This document shows, piece by piece, positions 63,593 to 64,000 of a stretch of 64,000 nucleotides of DNA (the first letter of the stretch is position 1; each line of letters starts with the position of its first letter). Origin of the DNA: an uncultured delta proteobacterium (lineage in GTDB: Bacteria; Desulfobacterota; Desulfobacteria; Desulfobacterales; JAFDCJ01); assembly GCA_963769935.1 (NCBI GenBank), contig CAVYNY010000010.1:544001-608000 (forward strand), in the 5' to 3' direction. The translations under genes were made by a program, and so were the position numbers. Below the pieces are notes generated by a model. The model had not been told where the DNA came from and did not search any database. It saw only the letters and a program-made list of their open reading frames with translations.

Positions 63593-64000
63593 ATGAGCGA
63601 TACGCCAAGACCCACAGAAACCAAGGCCTGGCAGGCCCTTAAGACGCATTACGAGGAGATCAAGGGTGCGCATCTGCGGCAGCTCTTTGCCGACGACCCC
63701 GCCCGGGCCGAAAGTTTCACTGCCGAAGGTGCCGGTCTCCACCTGGATTATTCCAAGAATCGCATCACGGCCAAGACCATTCAGCTGCTCCTGCAACTTG
63801 CCGGGGAGCGCGGCCTGGAAGTCAGGCGGGACGCCATGTTCCGGGGTGAAAAGATCAACCTCACCGAAAAGCGGGCCGTGCTGCACGCGGCCTTGCGCGC
63901 CCCCAAGGGCTCGACTATCCAGGTGGACGGCCATGACGTGGTGCCTGATGTCCATACCGTGCTGGACAAGATGTCGGGTTTTGCCAACCGGGTTCGCAGC
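63593..64000 (+). CDS. pgi: Glucose-6-phosphate isomerase (runs off the window)
   Basis: Manual translation: [50 protein letters not shown]. Confidence 0.9.
   Translation, partial: MSDTPRPTETKAWQALKTHYEEIKGAHLRQLFADDPARAESFTAEGAGLHLDYSKNRITAKTIQLLLQLAGERGLEVRRDAMFRGEKINLTEKRAVLHAALRAPKGSTIQVDGHDVVPDVHTVLDKMSGFANRVRS

Overview
Bacterial window, probably a Desulfobacterales-like deltaproteobacterium (inferred from gene content and repeat style; no search was run). About 1.4-47 kb is almost entirely minus-strand. A GAF-GAF-PAS sigma-54 activator (44.0-46.7 kb) sits next to a sigma-54 promoter with a paired palindromic upstream site. The same promoter layout recurs at 27.5 kb. The first promoter precedes an AsmA protein with 216-bp internal repeats, a stressosome operon (rsbRSTX) and two paralogous hybrid histidine kinases. 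The second precedes a ~26-kb envelope cluster: ABM protein, DUF1254/1214, an outer-membrane protein split by a group II intron, two DUF4410, Spy/CpxP, two arylsulfatases, DUF3313, MscS, FadL and Mla/MCE genes. That cluster converges on a GluR0-like K+ channel. The right part holds nth, a tRNA sulfurtransferase-like gene, a Pot-type ABC transporter, an SDR, a ThDP enzyme, deleted remnants (AKR, MDR, glk, tkt) and gnd-zwf-HAD-tal-pgi. Intergenic DNA is full of heptamer arrays, inverted repeats and nested ~32-bp elements, and similar DNA sits in frame in both kinases' receiver domains. Many single-base frameshifts may be assembly errors. No CRISPR array, tRNA or rRNA was seen.
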